Origin: an uncultured cyanobacterium
GTDB taxonomy: Bacteria > Cyanobacteriota > Cyanobacteriia > Cyanobacteriales > CAWCAG01
Length of the DNA stretch: 64,000 bases
Direction: 5' to 3'
Assembly: GCA_963793425.1 (NCBI GenBank)
Contig: CAWCAG010000007.1
Location: forward strand, 1,056,001 to 1,120,000
Shown: in pieces, positions 61,573 to 64,000 of the stretch
Numbering within the stretch: position 1 is the stretch's first letter
How the letters are laid out: each line of letters begins with the position of its first letter
The notes under the pieces: generated by a model
The model's input: only the letters and a program-made list of their open reading frames with translations
Database searches by the model: none
Told to the model about the DNA's origin: nothing
Program-made: the position numbers and the translations under genes

Positions 61573-61770
61573 TGATTTTCTCCTCACTGACTTCTGAATA
61601 TTCCGACTACTTACCACACAAATATTTAAAGATGACTACTTTAAATGAAGCTATTAAAATGCTAACACTTACTTGAGTTCTGTTACCTCAGTCTTTGGTT
61701 AGCTTTTACTACAAGAGATGATCTCTTTATTCCTGAATCTTAGTTTACTTTATTGATTAAAAATCCTCAA

Positions 61771-61798
61771 TTTAAAGACTTTTTTCTTATGTTATATT
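61771..61798 (+). promoter_or_regulatory. Putative promoter of the ncRNA pair
   Basis: TTTAAA-N16-TATATT with extended -10 TGn; predicts a start at about 61804-61805, where the structured RNA begins. Confidence 0.5.
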
Positions 61799-61804
61799 CA
61801 AGTA

Positions 61805-61912
61805 GTGAAGTAGTAGTACGTTGCAGTGCTATCGCTTGGGATCTTTACTCCCAACGGGTGCGCCAGCCTCTGGATTGAGCGTATACCGCCCTAGTAATCG
61901 TAGCTATTCCAC
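61805..61912 (+). ncRNA. Structured RNA with paired 5'/3' ends, Y-RNA-like candidate
   Basis: GTGAAGTAGT/GCTATTCCAC, TACG/CGTA and TGCTA/TAGTA helices enclose hairpins TTGGGA/TCCCAA and CGGGTGCGC/GCGTATACCG. Confidence 0.5.
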
Positions 61913-61913
61913 A

Positions 61914-61991
61914 GTTTGATTAGCTCAGGTGGTGAGAGCATCCGATGCTATCTATCGGAGTGGGTAGGTTCGACTCCTACATCAAACACCA
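61914..61991 (+). tRNA. tRNA-like RNA with non-canonical anticodon arm (identity undetermined), CCA encoded
   Basis: Acceptor GTTTGAT/ATCAAAC + A-CCA; D arm GCTC/GAGC with TGG; anticodon arm TCCGA-TGCTATCTA-TCGGA; T arm GTAGG-TTCGACT-CCTAC. Confidence 0.85.
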
Positions 61992-62026
61992 AAAAGTTAG
62001 CTCATTAAAAGTACCAAAACTCAAAG

Positions 62027-62439
62027 TATACCAAAGAGTTACTCTTCTCAACTGTAGTTGAAATGATGAATACAGTAGCTTGTGGAATTCGACCTTCAAT
62101 TCATGCGGCACCCTCTAGCTAAAGCAGCAACCATGAATGTTTCAGTTACTTCTGTTTATAACAGCTTTAGTTTCCTACAACATTCTTGCGGTGGTGCTAG
62201 CTGCTTTGAGAAGTGTTCATGGTATTGAGAAAATTAAACAAGAGGTTTCAAGCTATTATCTAGCTGATGAAATTCGTGGTATATATCGTGGCATGATGAT
62301 TGCGATTCCTCCACCAGAATGGCAAGTTTTCAACCAGATAAATTTGATTGATTTGTCCAAAATCCTGCAAGATTTGGCAACTAAAGTTAATTTAGCTGTA
62401 TTTTTAAAACTAAAGCTTACACTCCCCATTATAAAATAA
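62027..62439 (+). mobile_element. Internally deleted IS4-family-like transposase remnant
   Basis: N-terminal piece YTKELLFSTVVEMMNTVACGIRPSIHAA...KAATMNVSVTSVYN joined to C-terminal ALVSYNILAVV.AALRSVHG...VSSYYLADEI...YRGMMIAIPP..W; catalytic core absent. Confidence 0.7.
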
Positions 62440-62520
62440 TATCAGCAAAGAAAAACAGAGTCAATACAAATTTTATCTTTTCTGACTAGTTTGAAGCCGT
62501 TCAACCAAGCCTACTAGCTA

Positions 62521-63756
62521 TCACTTAAAAACAGAACGTCCTCTCAACCCTGTCATCAATTGCAAAGCATATATCCGCAAAGGGCGAACATTGCTTAGTA
62601 ACCACAAACCCAGACGACGAGAAGCAACCACAGGAGGGAAGTTATTGGAGAAGACTCGATCTAATAAATCTGTGAAGCCTAAAATAGCTAAGTTTTCCTT
62701 CTTGCGCCAACTTTGATAATTTTTCAACACCCGCAAATTGCCAACATCTAAGCCCTGAGTATTAGCTTCTTGCAATACTTGTGCTAGTGCCGCCGCATCA
62801 CGAATACCTAAATTTAATCCTTGTCCCCCGACGGGATGGCAACAATGAGCTGCATCCCCAATTAAAGCGAGTCGCGGTTGAATATAGCGATCGCATTGCA
62901 TTAACCGTACAGGAAAAACAAAACGTTCCCCTTCCATCTTTAACTTTCCTAGGAGTCCCCCGGTATGCTTTTCCAATCTGGCAAGAAACTCTTTTTTCGG
63001 CAACTCCTTTAAAGCCTGTGCCTCAGCGTGGGGATTTGTCCAAACTACTTGGCAACGGTTTCCGGGTAAAGGTAGTACTCCCATTGGTCCGGTGGGCCAA
63101 AAACGCTCAAAAGCTATATCATTTCTAGAAGCTTGGTGTTTAATAGTAGTGACAACACAAGATTGCCAATATTTCCAACCTTTGGTGGTAATACCCGCAT
63201 CTTCTCTAATCTGCGATCGCGCCCCATCTGCACCAACGATTAATTTAGTTTGGAGTTGTTGCTTTTCCCCAGCAATTTCTACCTCAACTTCCACTCTAGT
63301 CTTTTCGTAATTAACTCCTACAACCGAAGCTGGGCATAACCAGTCAATATTTTCCGAGTTGGTAATAACTTGTTGTAAAACTGTAATTATAGCCCCGTGT
63401 TCAGCCGCAAAACCCAAGTGATCTGTTCCTAAATCATTTAAGCTAAATGCAACAATACCATCATAATCAGCATCAGAAAGACGAATTTGCTTAAAACTGG
63501 AGATTTGGGGTAAAATCTGCTCCCAAACTCCTAGTTGTTTATAAATGCGACTAGAAAGCAAAGAAACTGCATATGCCTGTTTTCTAGCTGCGGCTACGGC
63601 TAAAGGTTGACTTTCAATAATAATTACTTTCAAGCCAGAATCTTTTAAGCTACAAGCGAGAGTAGCCCCGGCAATACCACCACCAACAATTACTAAGTCG
63701 CAGTCATAGCCAGAAGTTAAGGGAGAAACAGGAGGTTTTGTCTGAGCTAGGGTCAT
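62521..63756 (-). CDS. FAD-dependent hydroxylase, UbiH/VisC family
   Basis: IVGGGIAG, GADGARS, AFERF, LIGDAAH..HPVGGQGLNLGIRD. Confidence 0.92.
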   Translation of the reverse strand: MTLAQTKPPVSPLTSGYDCDLVIVGGGIAGATLACSLKDSGLKVIIIESQPLAVAAARKQAYAVSLLSSRIYKQLGVWEQILPQISSFKQIRLSDADYDGIVAFSLNDLGTDHLGFAAEHGAIITVLQQVITNSENIDWLCPASVVGVNYEKTRVEVEVEIAGEKQQLQTKLIVGADGARSQIREDAGITTKGWKYWQSCVVTTIKHQASRNDIAFERFWPTGPMGVLPLPGNRCQVVWTNPHAEAQALKELPKKEFLARLEKHTGGLLGKLKMEGERFVFPVRLMQCDRYIQPRLALIGDAAHCCHPVGGQGLNLGIRDAAALAQVLQEANTQGLDVGNLRVLKNYQSWRKKENLAILGFTDLLDRVFSNNFPPVVASRRLGLWLLSNVRPLRIYALQLMTGLRGRSVFK

Positions 63757-63883
63757 TGTCTAAGCTTTTTTAAGAAAGGGATCTAAATGTATACTTTATT
63801 TAATTTTAAATCCTCTTCCCCTAAAGTTGAGCTAGCAAAGGTAAATAAAGTGATCTCCCATTCAATTCAAGAGACTTGATACC

Positions 63884-64000
63884 ATGCCCCAAGTTATTGG
63901 TGTTACTAAAGCCGTTACCAACTTAAACAAGGCTCACGACACTTTTCAATTACAACCGACAACTAACCCTACCTTCTTCTCAGAATGGTTAGGGCCGTTT
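63884..64000 (+). CDS. N-terminus of a cyanobacterial restriction-endonuclease-subunit-R-like protein (partial)
   Basis: MPQVIGVTKAVTNLNKAHDTFQLQPTTNPTFFSEWLGPF..., with the F.L......FF.EW pattern; runs off the window. Confidence 0.5.
   Translation, partial: MPQVIGVTKAVTNLNKAHDTFQLQPTTNPTFFSEWLGPF

Larger units (their letters stand above)
302..63220. repeat. HIP1 octamer GCGATCGC, dispersed
   Basis: Roughly 30 copies by eye (e.g. 302, 7822, 46331, 51661, 63213), far above chance at this GC content. Confidence 0.9.

Noticed and set aside
61946..61954. Amber-suppressor (CUA), selenocysteine or pyrrolysine tRNA reading of the tRNA-like gene
   Set aside because: CUA is not centred after a U33, there is no UCA anticodon or long variable arm, and the acceptor stem is a standard 7 bp
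61805..61991. tmRNA (one- or two-piece)
   Set aside because: No G3:U70 alanine identity pair and no tag reading frame; the cloverleaf has a full D stem and anticodon arm
746..63310. Numerous 60-160 aa ORFs nested in or antisense to identified genes (e.g. 2222..2701, 11173..11628, 50256..50642, 62781..63128)
   Set aside because: Shadow frames of well-supported genes with no independent motifs

Overview
Chromosomal window of about 39% GC from a cyanobacterium (psbDC, ocp-frp, sasA, pex, ppc, ycf46/ycf35, frequent HIP1 GCGATCGC octamers, short tandem repeats). It is mostly housekeeping and signalling genes plus tRNA-Phe(GAA). Decayed pieces include a XisI fragment, a split Ub-Mut7C gene, a frameshifted aminotransferase, a pentapeptide-repeat tail and an internally deleted IS4-type transposase. 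The most unusual signal is not in the ORF track. At 61.8-62.0 kb a promoter precedes a ~108-nt RNA whose ends pair (Y-RNA-like), followed 1 nt later by a complete CCA-ending tRNA cloverleaf with a non-canonical anticodon arm. Other highlights are a cytoplasmic UrtA/AmiC-PAS-PAS-adenylate cyclase with an NtcA box, a duplicated TPM gene whose Gly-rich tail is re-read in another frame as a membrane anchor, a PsrR1-like sRNA, and a terminator upstream of pex. All calls come from reading the sequence and recalling family motifs; no database searches were run.
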